A stretch of 64,000 bases of DNA from an uncultured Gammaproteobacteria bacterium (lineage in GTDB: Bacteria > Pseudomonadota > Gammaproteobacteria > Tethybacterales > Tethybacteraceae). The first letter of the stretch is position 1. Each line of letters begins with the position of its first letter. Positions 33,531-47,458 of the stretch are shown one piece after another. The notes under the pieces were generated by a model. That model was not told the origin of the DNA. It did not search any database and saw only the letters and a list, made by a program, of their open reading frames with translations. The translations under genes were made by a program, and so were the position numbers. The stretch lies in assembly GCA_964509765.1 (NCBI GenBank), contig CAZDYI010000073.1:82-64081 (forward strand), read 5' to 3'.

Positions 33531-34165
33531 CGATCCTGGCTGTTTCAGGCCTCAAGAAGGACTGGCCGGACGGCGGCCAGGGGCTGCACGTCGAGTCGCT
33601 CGAGCTTGCCGAGGGCGAGACCGTCGCGCTCACAGGCGACAACGGAGCGGGCAAGACGACCCTGCTTCGCATCCTCGCCGGCCTGCTTCGTTTCGACTCG
33701 GGCGAGGTCTCGTGGCGCGGGTCGCGGGTCGCTTCGCTGCGCGCGGGAAGGGACGCGGCCTACCTTCACCAGCAGCCGTACCTGCTGTCGCGAAGCGTGC
33801 GCGCCAACGTCGAGTATGCCCTCAAGGCGGCGGGCCGGCCGGTGCCCGAGGCCGGCGCGCTGCTGGAGTGGGCGGGGCTTGCAGAAAAGGCCAGGCAGGA
33901 CTCCGGCGCGCTGTCCGCGGGCGAGGGCAGGCGCCTTGCGCTTGCGCGGATCCGTGCGACCGCCGCTCCGCTGGTTCTGCTGGACGAGCCGACCGCCAAC
34001 CTCGACGCCGCGGGCGTGGCCGCGGTCGGGACGATGGTCCGCGACATGGCGTCCGACGGCAGGACGGTAGTCGCGGCGTTCCAGGCCGGCGGGGTACCGG
34101 ACGGGATCGGAGCCCGCCGCCCGCTGCGGATGGAAGGCGGCAGGCTCGCGGGCGGCGGGGGATAA
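33527..34165 (+). CDS. ABC transporter ATP-binding protein (TupC-like)
   Basis: GTGA overlap with the permease. Walker A GDNGAGKTTLL, signature LSAGEGRRLALAR and Walker B LVLLDEPTANLD. Confidence 0.85.
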   Translation: MTILAVSGLKKDWPDGGQGLHVESLELAEGETVALTGDNGAGKTTLLRILAGLLRFDSGEVSWRGSRVASLRAGRDAAYLHQQPYLLSRSVRANVEYALKAAGRPVPEAGALLEWAGLAEKARQDSGALSAGEGRRLALARIRATAAPLVLLDEPTANLDAAGVAAVGTMVRDMASDGRTVVAAFQAGGVPDGIGARRPLRMEGGRLAGGGG

Positions 34166-34172
34166 TCGCAAG

Positions 34173-35231
34173 GTGGCGGACCTCGAGGAGATACTCAAGT
34201 CGATCCCGGCCGAGAGGGTCGGCGGCAACCTTCTCGACAGCGGGATCGCGAAGGTCGAGGGAGGCAGGAAGGTCTCGCTGACCTTTCCCTATCCCGGGGC
34301 GAGCGCGGGCGAGAGGGCAAGGGAGCACATCGAGCAGGCCGCGGCCAAGCAGGGGATCGAGGGCGTCGAGGTCGAGGCGCGCACCGAGATCGCGTCGCGG
34401 ACGGTCCAGGGCGGGGTCGAGCGCCTCGAGGGGGTCAAGAACGTGATCGCGGTGGCGTCGGCCAAGGGCGGGGTCGGCAAGTCGACGGTCGCGGCAAACC
34501 TCGCGCTCGCGCTCTTAGCCGAGGGCGCTGACGCCGGCCTTCTCGACGCCGACATCTACGGCCCGTCGGTCCCGCTGATGATGGGCGGGAGCGAGAGGCC
34601 CGAGGTCGACGGGCGCGACAGGCTCGTCCCGCTCCGGCGCCACGGGATTAGGGCGCTGTCGATGGGCCACATGGTCGACGATGGCCAGGCGGTGATCTGG
34701 CGCGCTCCGATGGTGGTGCGCGCCCTGCAGCAGCTGCTGCACCAGGCCGACTGGTCGGGCTGCGACTTCCTCGTGCTCGACATGCCGCCGGGGACCGGCG
34801 ACGTCCAGCTGTCGGTCGCGCAGCAGGTGCCGGTGACGGGGGCTGTGATCGTCACCACCCCGCACGAGCTCGCGCTCGCCGACGCCGAGCGCGGGGTGAG
34901 CATGTTCGGGAAGGTCTCGGTGCCGGTGCTCGGCTACGTCGCGAACATGGCCTCGTTCACCTGCCCCGGCTGCGGGGCGAGGCACGAGCTGTTCGGCAAG
35001 GGGGCCGCGGGCAGGCTCTCGGGGGACCTGGGACTCGAGGCCCTGGCCGAGCTGCCGCTCGACCCGAAGCTCGGCTCCGGCGGCCCGGGCTCGCTGGCTG
35101 TCGTCGAGGACCCCGGCGGGCACACTGCATGGACGTTCCGCGACTTGGCGGCGTCGGTCGGGGCCGCGCTGCTCAAGAAGTCGCGCGACAGGAGCGCGGC
35201 CTTCCCGAAGGTGGTCGTCCGGGAGGACTGA
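34173..35231 (+). CDS. apbC: Fe-S cluster carrier ATPase Mrp/ApbC
   Basis: VIAVASAKGGVGKSTVAANLAL deviant Walker A and the CPGCG motif (FTCPGCGARHELFG). Confidence 0.9.
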   Translation: MADLEEILKSIPAERVGGNLLDSGIAKVEGGRKVSLTFPYPGASAGERAREHIEQAAAKQGIEGVEVEARTEIASRTVQGGVERLEGVKNVIAVASAKGGVGKSTVAANLALALLAEGADAGLLDADIYGPSVPLMMGGSERPEVDGRDRLVPLRRHGIRALSMGHMVDDGQAVIWRAPMVVRALQQLLHQADWSGCDFLVLDMPPGTGDVQLSVAQQVPVTGAVIVTTPHELALADAERGVSMFGKVSVPVLGYVANMASFTCPGCGARHELFGKGAAGRLSGDLGLEALAELPLDPKLGSGGPGSLAVVEDPGGHTAWTFRDLAASVGAALLKKSRDRSAAFPKVVVRED

Positions 35232-35240
35232 GGGGGCGCG

Positions 35241-36428
35241 CTACAGGCTGTACTCGGCCTGGACGTCCTCGATCGCGCGCGTCGCGAAGCCGGCCTCGCA
35301 GTAGGCGAAGTAGAAGGACATCATCCGGCAGAAGCCGCGGTCGTAGCCGAGCTCGACGATCCGCTCCATGTTGTCGAGGAAGCGCGCGCGCCACTCGGCG
35401 AGCGTCCTGACGTAGTGGTCGGTGATGTCCTCGACCCTGCCGGGGACCATTCCTGAGTCGGTCGCGTGTTTCTTCATCGCCCTTTGCGACGGGCAGGCCC
35501 CGCCGGGGAAGATGTACTCCTTGACGAAGTCGATGTCGTAGAGGGCCTCCTCGAAGCGCTCCTCCGGCACGGTGATCGCCTGGATCACCGCGCGTCCGCC
35601 CTTGCGGAGCAGCTCGCTCACCCTCCTGTAGTAGTTGCCGAAGTTGTGCGGGCCGACCGCCTCGATCATCTCGACGGAGATCACCCGGTCGAAGCCGCCC
35701 TCGGGGTCCAGGTCGCGGTAGTCGGACAGCACCGGCTTGACCTTGCCCTCGAGGCCCTCCCTCCTTACGCGCTCGGTGACGAAGTCGAACTGCTGCTTCG
35801 AGAGCGTGATCGCGGTGACGTCGGCGCCGTGCTCGCGCGCGGCCCACGCCGACAGCCCGCCCCAGCCGCAGCCCAGGTCGAGCACCCGCATGCCCTCGTC
35901 GACGCCGGCCTTCTCGCACAGCAGCCGGAGCTTGTTGCGCTGCGCGTCGTCGAGGCTCGAGTCCTCGCTCGGGTACACCGCGCACGAGTACATCCGCTCC
36001 TCGTCGAGGAACAGCCCGAACATGTCGTTGCCGAGGTCGTAGTGAGTGGAGATGTTGCGCTTGGTGTTCCGCCTCGAGGTTCGGACGAGGTAGCTCAGCT
36101 GCGCCATCAGCTTGGTCATGCTCTTGCGGAAGCCCCTGTCGACAGTGCGGTTGTAGGTGTGGAGGTTGCGGCTGATGATCGCGAGCAGCTTCGGCAGGTC
36201 CGGCGAGTCCCACTCGCCCGCCATGTACGACTCGCCCGACGCGGTGTTGCCGCGCACGAAGGCCGAATACGCGCGCGGGTCGTTGATGACGACCTCGCCG
36301 ACGTCATCGCCCGACCCGGCGCTCAAGACCTCCTTGCCGTCCTCGCGCACGACAATCCGGCCGGTGCCCTCGACCAGGAACCGGTCGAGCTGGCGCGCGA
36401 TGGCGCTGCGGTACCAGGACTCGAGCAT
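35241..36428 (-). CDS. cfa: Cyclopropane-fatty-acyl-phospholipid synthase family SAM methyltransferase
   Basis: VLDLGCGWGGLS SAM motif and HYDLGNDMFGLFLDE; the C-terminal ...YCEAGF block is typical of the Cfa family. Confidence 0.8.
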   Translation of the reverse strand: MLESWYRSAIARQLDRFLVEGTGRIVVREDGKEVLSAGSGDDVGEVVINDPRAYSAFVRGNTASGESYMAGEWDSPDLPKLLAIISRNLHTYNRTVDRGFRKSMTKLMAQLSYLVRTSRRNTKRNISTHYDLGNDMFGLFLDEERMYSCAVYPSEDSSLDDAQRNKLRLLCEKAGVDEGMRVLDLGCGWGGLSAWAAREHGADVTAITLSKQQFDFVTERVRREGLEGKVKPVLSDYRDLDPEGGFDRVISVEMIEAVGPHNFGNYYRRVSELLRKGGRAVIQAITVPEERFEEALYDIDFVKEYIFPGGACPSQRAMKKHATDSGMVPGRVEDITDHYVRTLAEWRARFLDNMERIVELGYDRGFCRMMSFYFAYCEAGFATRAIEDVQAEYSL

Positions 36429-36433
36429 TACGC

Positions 36434-37525
36434 CTACGCCAGCACCTTCGCGGTCCGCCTGTCGTTGACCGCCTCGGCGAGCCTGCCGAGCAGCTCGGTA
36501 GTGTCGTCCCAGCCGAGGCAGCCGTCGGTGACGCTCTGACCGTAGGTCAGCTCGCCGCCGAGGTCCTGCTTGCCCTCGACGAGGTTGCTCTCGACCATCA
36601 TGCCGACGATCCGCGTGCTACCGCCCGCGACCTGCCTGGAAACGTCGGCGGCGACCGCCGGCTGGCGGCGGAAGTCCTTGCCGCTGTTGGCGTGGCTGCA
36701 GTCGACCATCAGCCGCTCCGGCAGGCCCGAGTCGCGCAGGGCGGCCGCGGCGGCCTCCACTGACTTCGAGTCGAAGTTCGGCCCGGAGATTCCGCCGCGA
36801 AGGATGACGTGCGTGTCGGGGTTGCCCGTCGTCTCCGCGATTGAGCACTCGCCTTCCTGCGTCACCGCAAGGAAGTGGTGCGGCGCGCGCGCCGCGCGGA
36901 TCGCGTCGACCGCAATGCGGACGTTGCCGTCGGTGCCGTTCTTGAAGCCCACCGGGCACGACAGGCCCGAGACCATGTCGCGGTGGATCTGGCTCTCGGT
37001 TGTGCGTGCGCCGATCGCGCCCCAGGCGACGGTGTCGCTGATGTACTGCGGGATCACCGTGTCGAGGAACTCCGTCCCGCACGGCAGGCCGAGCGCGGTG
37101 ATGTCCAGCAGGAGCTTGCGGGCGGCGCGCAGCCCGCGGCGGATGTCGAACGATCCGTCGAGGCCGGGGTCGTTAATCAGTCCCTTCCAGCCGACCGAGG
37201 TGCGCGGCTTCTCAAAGTAGACCCGCATCACGATCAGAAGGTCGTCCGCGACGCCCCTCGAGTACTCCTCGAGCTTGGCCGCGTACTCGACCGCCGCCGC
37301 CGGGTCGTGGATCGAGCAAGGGCCGACGACGACGAGCAGGCGGTCGTCCTTGCCTGCGATCACGTCGCACGTCGCCGCCCGCGCTTGCGCGATGCGGTCC
37401 GCGTGCTCGTTCGGGATCTCGGTGACGACCTCGGCGGGCGACGGCATCTCGTGGTAGGCGACGATCCGCGTGTCGCTTACCTGCGGCCCGGAGCCGCGCC
37501 GCGCCGCGGCCTGTTCGGTGCTCAC
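36434..37525 (-). CDS. aroG: 3-deoxy-7-phosphoheptulonate (DAHP) synthase, class I (AroF/G/H type)
   Basis: DDRLLVVVGPCSIHD, KPRTSVGWKGLINDP and VDCSHANS blocks. GTG start at 37525 is chosen by alignment of DTRIVAYHEMPSP with the AroG N-terminus. The isozyme is not determinable. Confidence 0.9.
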   Translation of the reverse strand: MSTEQAAARRGSGPQVSDTRIVAYHEMPSPAEVVTEIPNEHADRIAQARAATCDVIAGKDDRLLVVVGPCSIHDPAAAVEYAAKLEEYSRGVADDLLIVMRVYFEKPRTSVGWKGLINDPGLDGSFDIRRGLRAARKLLLDITALGLPCGTEFLDTVIPQYISDTVAWGAIGARTTESQIHRDMVSGLSCPVGFKNGTDGNVRIAVDAIRAARAPHHFLAVTQEGECSIAETTGNPDTHVILRGGISGPNFDSKSVEAAAAALRDSGLPERLMVDCSHANSGKDFRRQPAVAADVSRQVAGGSTRIVGMMVESNLVEGKQDLGGELTYGQSVTDGCLGWDDTTELLGRLAEAVNDRRTAKVLA

Positions 37526-37535
37526 CTGCCGTCCC

Positions 37536-38441
37536 TCAGGGCTTCGCGCCGGCCTTGCCCGGCCGCTTCGCGCGCGGGTGGGCGCGGTCGTAGACCTTGG
37601 CGAGCGACTGGAAGTCGAGGTGGGTGTAGATCTGCGTCGACCCGACGTCGGCGTGGCCGAGCATCTCCTGGACGCCGCGCAGGTCGCCGCTCGACTGGAG
37701 CAGGTGCGAGGCGCATGAGTGGCGCAGCATGTGCGGGGTGACGTCGCCGTCGATCCCGGCTGCGGCGGCCATGCGCTTGAGTCGCAGCTGCGCGCTTCGG
37801 GTTCCAAGCCGCCTGCCCTTGAGGCTCGTGAACAGCGGGCCCTCCGCCGGCAGGGCATGGCGCCTGCGGACCGAGTGCCACTTCTTGAGCGCCTCCGCTG
37901 CCTTGCGGCCGAGCGGGACCTCGCGCTCCCTGTCGCCCTTGCCGTGGCGCACGGTCAGCGTTCCATGCGCGACGTCGACGTCGCCGCAGTCCAGGCCGAC
38001 GAGCTCGCTCACCCGGAGCGCAGACGAGTAGGCCACCTCGAACATCGCCGCGTCGCGGCATGCGATGTCGCCTTCCGGCTCCGCCGACAGCAGCGACGCG
38101 GCCTCGTCGGGGGTGAGCGCCTTCGGCAGGCGCTTGCCGGCGCGCGGCGCGCGCACTCCGGAAGCGGGGTTGGACTCGAGCAGGCCGTCGTCGGCGAGCT
38201 TCGCGAAGAACCGCCGCCACGACGACAGCATCCTCTTTAGTGACGACGGCGCGAGCCCGCGCCTGTGCTCGCGGGCGACAAACGAGCGGATGTCGGCGTG
38301 GCCGAGCGACTTCCACGGCCTGCCCTCCGCGAGCCGCGCAAGCGCGGCGAGGTCCGCCTCTAGGGCGCGCAGGGTCGCCTCGCTCGCGGTCCTTTCGCGC
38401 CGGAGCCCGGCGACGAACTCGGCGTGGAGGGCCGCGCTCAT
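37536..38441 (-). CDS. xerC: Tyrosine recombinase XerC
   Basis: The 301-aa part from MSAALHAEF carries the catalytic R...HxxR...Y context (MLRHSCASHLL, GHADVGSTQIYTH). The conserved DUF484-xerC pairing is present. Confidence 0.9.
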   Translation of the reverse strand: MSAALHAEFVAGLRRERTASEATLRALEADLAALARLAEGRPWKSLGHADIRSFVAREHRRGLAPSSLKRMLSSWRRFFAKLADDGLLESNPASGVRAPRAGKRLPKALTPDEAASLLSAEPEGDIACRDAAMFEVAYSSALRVSELVGLDCGDVDVAHGTLTVRHGKGDREREVPLGRKAAEALKKWHSVRRRHALPAEGPLFTSLKGRRLGTRSAQLRLKRMAAAAGIDGDVTPHMLRHSCASHLLQSSGDLRGVQEMLGHADVGSTQIYTHLDFQSLAKVYDRAHPRAKRPGKAGAKP

Positions 38442-39055
38442 TTCTCCCTTGCGAGCGACGCGGAGACGACCTCGGACAGCCGCCGCGCGTAGTCGTCCTG
38501 TGCGTTGCGCGGGAAGTCCGCGGGACGGTCCGTCGCGAACACGATCAGCGCGCGGACCTTCTTCCCGGAAAAGACCGGGACGTTGAGGAACGCCCGCCAC
38601 CTGTCGCCGCGGTAGTGCTTGGCGACGCTCTTGAGCGGCTTGTCTGTCCTCACCGCGCCGATGTCGTCCTCGAGGCGCTTGCGGTCCTCCCTCTCGAGCT
38701 TCGCCTTGCCGTCCGCGAGGTCAACCACCCGGCAGTGCCTGACCCCGAGCGAGCCCTTTACCTCCTTCTTGAGGATCTTCATGGTCTCGCCCTTGCTTCC
38801 CTTCGCCGCGAGCAGGCTGGTCGTCAGCCGGTGGAGGAACTCGAGGGTCCTCTCGTTCTCGCTCGCGTTACCGTACCACTCGCCGAGCTGCTTGAGCAGC
38901 ATCTCGTTGGTGTCGCGCATCGTCGCGAGCTGCTGGCCGGCGAGGTCGATGATGTCGCGCTCGGCGAGCCGGAGCATCCTCTTGAGCTCGGCCTGGTTGC
39001 GGCGCAGGAACGCGGGGTTGTCCCGCAGGTACCCTAGGACTGCCTTCTCCCTCAT
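38438..39055 (-). CDS. DUF484 family protein
   Basis: MREKAVLGYLRDNPAFLRRN... N-terminus and a GAF-like C-terminus. ATGA overlap with xerC. Confidence 0.8.
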   Translation of the reverse strand: MREKAVLGYLRDNPAFLRRNQAELKRMLRLAERDIIDLAGQQLATMRDTNEMLLKQLGEWYGNASENERTLEFLHRLTTSLLAAKGSKGETMKILKKEVKGSLGVRHCRVVDLADGKAKLEREDRKRLEDDIGAVRTDKPLKSVAKHYRGDRWRAFLNVPVFSGKKVRALIVFATDRPADFPRNAQDDYARRLSEVVSASLAREK

Positions 39056-39187
39056 TCGAATCCATGATTTTCTCATTGATTCGGCGCCGCCGGGAAGTTT
39101 TCCGCCGCCAATCCGCAACGCAAGCGGGGTTTTTGCACAGGATGCCTACAGCGAATCCGCAGGATTCCCTTGAATAAAATCCGCAAA

Positions 39188-41886
<2,699 letters not shown>

Positions 41887-41890
<4 letters not shown>

Positions 41891-42705
41891 GAAGGCTCCT
41901 CCTCACAGCAGCCCTTGCGACCGTGGCCTCCCTTGTCGGCCCGTCCTCCTTTGCGGCCCCGAAGTCCGAGCTGTGGGATTTCTGGGACGCGAGCGACGAG
42001 TCGAGCGAGACGGCCGTGTCCCACGAGGCCTGGGATTCGTTCCTCAAGAAGTACGTCAGCGAGCGCGACGGCATCAACCTCGTCGCCTACGGCGCGGTCA
42101 CCGGCGCCGACGCGAAGGCGCTCAAGGAGTACGTCGCCGCGCTTGCCGGCGTCGGGGTGCGCTCGCTGCGCCGCGACGAGCAGGCGGCGTTCTGGATCAA
42201 CATGTACAACGCGGTCACGATCGACCTGATCCTCGACCACTACCCGCTCGAGACCATCCGCGACATCTCGCCGGGGCTGTTCGGCGGCGGGCCGTGGGAC
42301 GACGAGGTGGTGACCGTCGAGGGCGAGGCGCTCACCCTCAACGACATCGAGCACCGCATCCTGCGGCCGATCTGGCGCGACGCGCGGGTCCACTACGCGG
42401 TCAACTGCGCCTCGATCGGCTGCCCGAACCTTGCAACCGACGCCTACACCGCCGGCAACCTCGAGGAGCTGCTCGAGGCCGGGGCCCGCGCGTACATAAA
42501 CCACCCGCGCGGGGCGAGCGTCGACTCCGGCGAGCTGCACGTGTCGAGCATCTACGAGTGGTTCAAGGCGGACTTCGGCGGGACGGACGCCGGCGTGGTC
42601 GAGCACCTGCGCGGGTACGCCGAGGGCAGTTTGGCGTCTGCGCTCGGGGAGGTCGACTCGATCGCGGGCGACGCCTACGACTGGAGCCTGAACGACAGGC
42701 CCTGA
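41887..42705 (+). CDS. DUF547 domain protein with signal peptide
   Basis: Its TTG overlaps the alaS stop (TTGA). (M)RRLLLTAALATVASLVGPSSFA is followed by AFWINMYNA...HYAVNCASIGCP, the DUF547 blocks. Confidence 0.75.
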
Positions 42706-42711
42706 CCCTTC

Positions 42712-43599
42712 CTAGAGCGGGGCCTCTATCCTCGACCTGGTCCGCGCGAGCCACAGCGACAGCGAGCCGAAGCCGACGATCAGCGCGAAGCCCGCGAGGT
42801 CGCGCGCCGAGAAGTCGACGCCGCGGGCCGTCGCGTCGATGACGACCGAGAAGAACACCCCGCTGTAGGAAAGCGCGGCGCTCACCGCCGAGGCTCCGCG
42901 CGACAGCGCGCGCGTGAGGGCGAGCTGGCCCGTGGTCGCGAACGCGATCACGCCCGCGAGCGGCAGCAGGGATTCGGAGCCGAGGCCGCCGAAGCCGCCG
43001 AACAGGAGCAGCCCCGCGGCGCACATCCAGCAGCCGTGCAGGTTGAGGAAGAACACCGTCCGCAGGCCGCCCTCGCCGAGCCGGCCGAGCTTGCGGACCA
43101 TCAGGAAAGCCATCGCCGCACAGGCCCCGGAGGCGACCCCGACGATGCCGGCGATCCCCTTCGCGTCGCCGAGGTCGGGGCGCAGCAGGAGCAGCACCCC
43201 GCTGAAGCATCCGAGCGCGGCGAGCGCGGTCCTGCCGTCGAGGCGCTCGCGCAGGTGCACCGCCGAGAGGACGATGAACAGGATCGGCGCCGTGTAGTTG
43301 AGGGCGTAGGCAACCGACGGCTCGAGCGCGTCGATCGCGTAGTAGAACATCAGCACCGCGGCCATCCCCCAGACCGCGCGGTAGAGGTGGGTCGCCGGGT
43401 GGCGGACCGCAAGCGGCTGGCTGCGCAAGCGGATCAGGACGAAGACCAGGGCCGCGCCGCCGACGGAGCGCCACAGTCCTAGCTCGAGGATCGACATCCC
43501 CTTGGTCGCCTCCTTGATGCAGACTGCCATCAGCGCAAACGACAGCCCTGCGCCGACCATCCACAGCGACTGCCGGGCGGAGTGAGCGGCTGGCCTCAT
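42712..43599 (-). CDS. EamA/DMT-family transporter
   Basis: 295 aa with about 10 TM segments and a duplicated EamA-like architecture. Confidence 0.8.
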   Translation of the reverse strand: MRPAAHSARQSLWMVGAGLSFALMAVCIKEATKGMSILELGLWRSVGGAALVFVLIRLRSQPLAVRHPATHLYRAVWGMAAVLMFYYAIDALEPSVAYALNYTAPILFIVLSAVHLRERLDGRTALAALGCFSGVLLLLRPDLGDAKGIAGIVGVASGACAAMAFLMVRKLGRLGEGGLRTVFFLNLHGCWMCAAGLLLFGGFGGLGSESLLPLAGVIAFATTGQLALTRALSRGASAVSAALSYSGVFFSVVIDATARGVDFSARDLAGFALIVGFGSLSLWLARTRSRIEAPL

Positions 43600-43614
43600 C
43601 CGTCAGAAAGGAAG

Positions 43615-43966
43615 AAATGCGAGCCAGCCGATAAGCCGGATTCTGTCGAGGGACGGCCATCCATCTGGGACCGGCGTCGCCGCCGGCCTCTCGCGGCCCA
43701 CCCGGGACGGCGCGGGCAGCGCCTATGTCCCTGCTTGGCCTTGCTCCGGACGGGGTTTGCCATGCCGGCCGCGTTGCCGCGACCGCGGTGCGCTCTTACC
43801 GCACCCTTTCAGCCTTGCCTGTGCGCATGCGCCATCGGCGGTCTGCTCTCTGTTGCACTGATCCGTCACCTTGCGATGCCCGGGAGTTACCCGGCGTCCT
43901 GCCCTGTGGAGTCCGGACTTTCCTCCCCGGCGCAAAGGCCGGGGCGGCCGCCTGGCTGACTCGCAG
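43615..43966 (-). ncRNA. rnpB: RNase P RNA (bacterial type A)
   Basis: The minus strand contains GGGGAGGAAAGTCCGGACTCCACAGGGCA, CAGTGCAACAGAGAGCAGACCGCCGATGGC, GGGTGCGGTAAGAGCGCACC and ACAGAATCCGGCTTATCGGCTGGCTC. P1 pairs GCGAGTCAGCC with GGCTGGCTCGC. The ends are good to about +/-5 nt. Confidence 0.9.
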
Positions 43967-43987
43967 TGTCGATTCTACGTCCCGACC

Positions 43988-43993
43988 TAGAAT
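43988..43993 (+). promoter_or_regulatory. Putative -10 box TAGAAT, 7 nt upstream of the trpF ATG
   Basis: GACCTAGAATCTGCGGGATG with no Shine-Dalgarno, which suggests a leaderless trpF transcript. Confidence 0.35.
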
Positions 43994-44000
43994 CTGCGGG

Positions 44001-44622
44001 ATGACAAGGGTCAAGGTGTGCGGGGTCACATGCCCCGAGGACGCCGCAATGGCCGTCTCCGCAGGCGCCGACGCCGTAGGGGTGGTCTGTCACGCCGACG
44101 CCCCGCGGGCGGTCGGCCGCGACGCAGTGCGGGAGATCTCCTCCGAGATCCCGCCGTTCGTGACCCTGGTGATGCTGTTCGTCAACCCGCCGCACGGGGC
44201 CGTTGAGGAGTGCCTCGACATCGCCCCGCACGCCTGGCTGCAGTTCCACGGCTCCGAGGACCCTGAGCTGTGCATGGGCTTCGGCGCGCCGTACATCAAG
44301 TCGCTCCGGCCGTCGGCCGATGGCGACGTCGCCCGGGCGATGCGCGACTACGAGTTCGCGGCCTCGCTTTTGGTTGACGGCGGGGCGGGGACCGGCGAGG
44401 CCTTCGACTGGTCGCATGTCCCGCCGCGCGCCGAGAGGACGCTGCCGCTCATCGTCGCCGGCGGCCTGGACCCTTCCAACGTCGCCGCGGCGATCGCGCT
44501 CACCGACCCGGACGCGGTGGACGTCTCGAGCGGCGTGTGCGCAGACGGCGACCCGCTCCGCAAGGACCCGGCCAAGGTCGCGGCCTTCGTCGCTGCGGCG
44601 AAGGGAGCCGGCGCGAACGGCG

Positions 44623-44630
<8 letters not shown>
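44001..44630 (+). CDS. trpF: Phosphoribosylanthranilate isomerase
   Basis: [29 protein letters not shown] is the TrpF N-terminus. The upstream part of the track ORF overlaps rnpB and is discarded. Confidence 0.9.
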
Positions 44631-45815
<1,185 letters not shown>

Positions 45816-45816
<1 letters not shown>

Positions 45817-46592
45817 TGGCCTCGCGGATAGCAGAGTCGTTCTCGAATCGGGGCCAGTCGCTTCTCGTGCCGTACGTGACCGCCGGCTGGCCCGAGCTCG
45901 GCAGCACCCCGAAGCTGATGGCGGAGCTTGCTGCCGGCGGCGCGGACATCATCGAGCTCGGCGTTCCGTTCTCGGACCCGTCCGCCGACGGCCCGGTCGT
46001 CCAGCGCGCGAACGAGCGCGCGCTCCAAAACGGTTCCGGTCTCGCCACGGCGCTCGACGCGACGAGGTCGTACCGAGACGACGGGGGCCTGGTTCCGGTG
46101 GTGCTGATGGGGTACGCAAACCCCTTCCTGCGGATGGGGGCGGATGCGCTCGCCGAACGGTGCTCCGAGTGCGGGGTTGACGGGATACTCGCCGTCGACT
46201 GGCCGCCGTCCGAGGGCGACGGGCTCGGCGACGCGCTCAAGGGCGCCGGCGTCGACAGGATAGTGCTGGTCTCGCCGACCACTACCGAGGCGCGGATGAG
46301 GGAGGTCGGCGGCTTCGGCTCGGGCTACGCCTACTACGTCTCGGTGCAGGGTGTGACCGGCGGCGCGGTTGCGCAGGCTGGGGACGTGGGCGATGCGGCC
46401 TCGACAGTGCGCAATGCGACCGGGCTTCCGGTCGCGGTCGGCTTCGGCGTGCGGACGCCGGAGGACTGCGCGAAGCTTTCCGGAAGCTTCGACGCGGTGG
46501 TCGTCGGCTCGCGGCTGATCGAGGCCGTCGCGGAGGGCGGCCCGCCCGCGGCAAGGAAGTTGCTCGAGTCGATGCGCGGGGCAATGGCGTGA
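45816..46592 (+). CDS. trpA: Tryptophan synthase alpha chain
   Basis: Overlaps the trpB stop by one base (TGATG). LVPYVTAGWP, IELGVPFSDPSADGPVVQ and GFGV blocks. Confidence 0.95.
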
Positions 46593-47458
46593 GCTGGTTC
46601 GACGCGATCATCCCGCCGATCAAGAAGCGGAGCAGGAAGCAGGCGAAGACAGTCCCGGAGGGGGTCTGGCTCAAGTGCCACAAGTGCGAGGCGCCTATCT
46701 ACGAGCGCGAGTTCAGCGAGAGCCTCGGCGTCTGCTCCAAGTGCGACCACCACCACACCCTTCCCCCGGCCGAGCGCGCGAGGATGCTGTTCGACCCCGG
46801 GGAGGAGTTCGAGGAGATCGGCGTGCGGGTCCGCCCGCGCGACTTTCTCAAGTTCGTCGACAGCGAGAAGTACCGCGACCGGCTCGCGCGGTCGTCCGGC
46901 GGCGACAAGGGCAAGGAGGCGGTGCGGGTGTACGTCGGCCCGCTCGGCGGCCGGCCCGCGGTCGCGGCGTGCTTCGACTGGTCGTTCATGGGCGGATCGA
47001 TGGGGTCGGTCGTCGGCGAGCGCTTCGTGCGCGGAGTCGACGCCGCCTGCGACCGCGGCGCCCCGTTCGTCGCGTTCACCTCCTCGGGCGGGGCGAGGAT
47101 GCAGGAGGGCCTGACCTCGCTGATGCAGATGTCGAAGACGACCGCGGCGCAGGCGAAGCTCGCCGACCACGGCCTGCCGTTCATCAGCGTCCTGTGCCAC
47201 CCGACCACCGGCGGGGTCGCCGCGAGCTTCGCGATGGTCGGCGACGTGATCATCGCCGAGCCCGGCGCGACGATCGGCTTCGCCGGCGAGCGGGTGATCC
47301 GCTCGACGGTCAAGGAGGAGCTGCCGGAGGGCTTCCAGCGCAGCGAGTTCCTGCTCAAGCACGGCAACATAGACATGGTCGTGCACCGCCGCGAGCTGCG
47401 CGACAAGATCGCCTCGCTCGCCGCGATCCTCATGGAGGGGAGCCGCGCCGGTGCCTGA
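46589..47458 (+). CDS. accD: Acetyl-CoA carboxylase carboxyltransferase beta subunit
   Basis: Zn-ribbon CHKCEAPIYEREF...CSKCDHH followed by the carboxyltransferase domain GGSMGSVVGE. GTGA overlap with trpA. Confidence 0.95.
   Translation: MSWFDAIIPPIKKRSRKQAKTVPEGVWLKCHKCEAPIYEREFSESLGVCSKCDHHHTLPPAERARMLFDPGEEFEEIGVRVRPRDFLKFVDSEKYRDRLARSSGGDKGKEAVRVYVGPLGGRPAVAACFDWSFMGGSMGSVVGERFVRGVDAACDRGAPFVAFTSSGGARMQEGLTSLMQMSKTTAAQAKLADHGLPFISVLCHPTTGGVAASFAMVGDVIIAEPGATIGFAGERVIRSTVKEELPEGFQRSEFLLKHGNIDMVVHRRELRDKIASLAAILMEGSRAGA

Noticed and set aside
37536-38441. Tyrosine recombinase as a marker of an integrative element
   Set aside because: The sequence and the conserved DUF484-xerC pairing, in high-G+C core context, identify it as chromosomal dimer-resolution XerC. 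No flanking repeats or cargo are present.
43582-44000. Plus- and minus-strand ORFs (125 aa, 70 aa, and the N-terminal part of the 301-aa ORF) between the EamA gene and trpF
   Set aside because: The region is fully explained by RNase P RNA on the minus strand. trpF homology starts only at the ATG at 44001.
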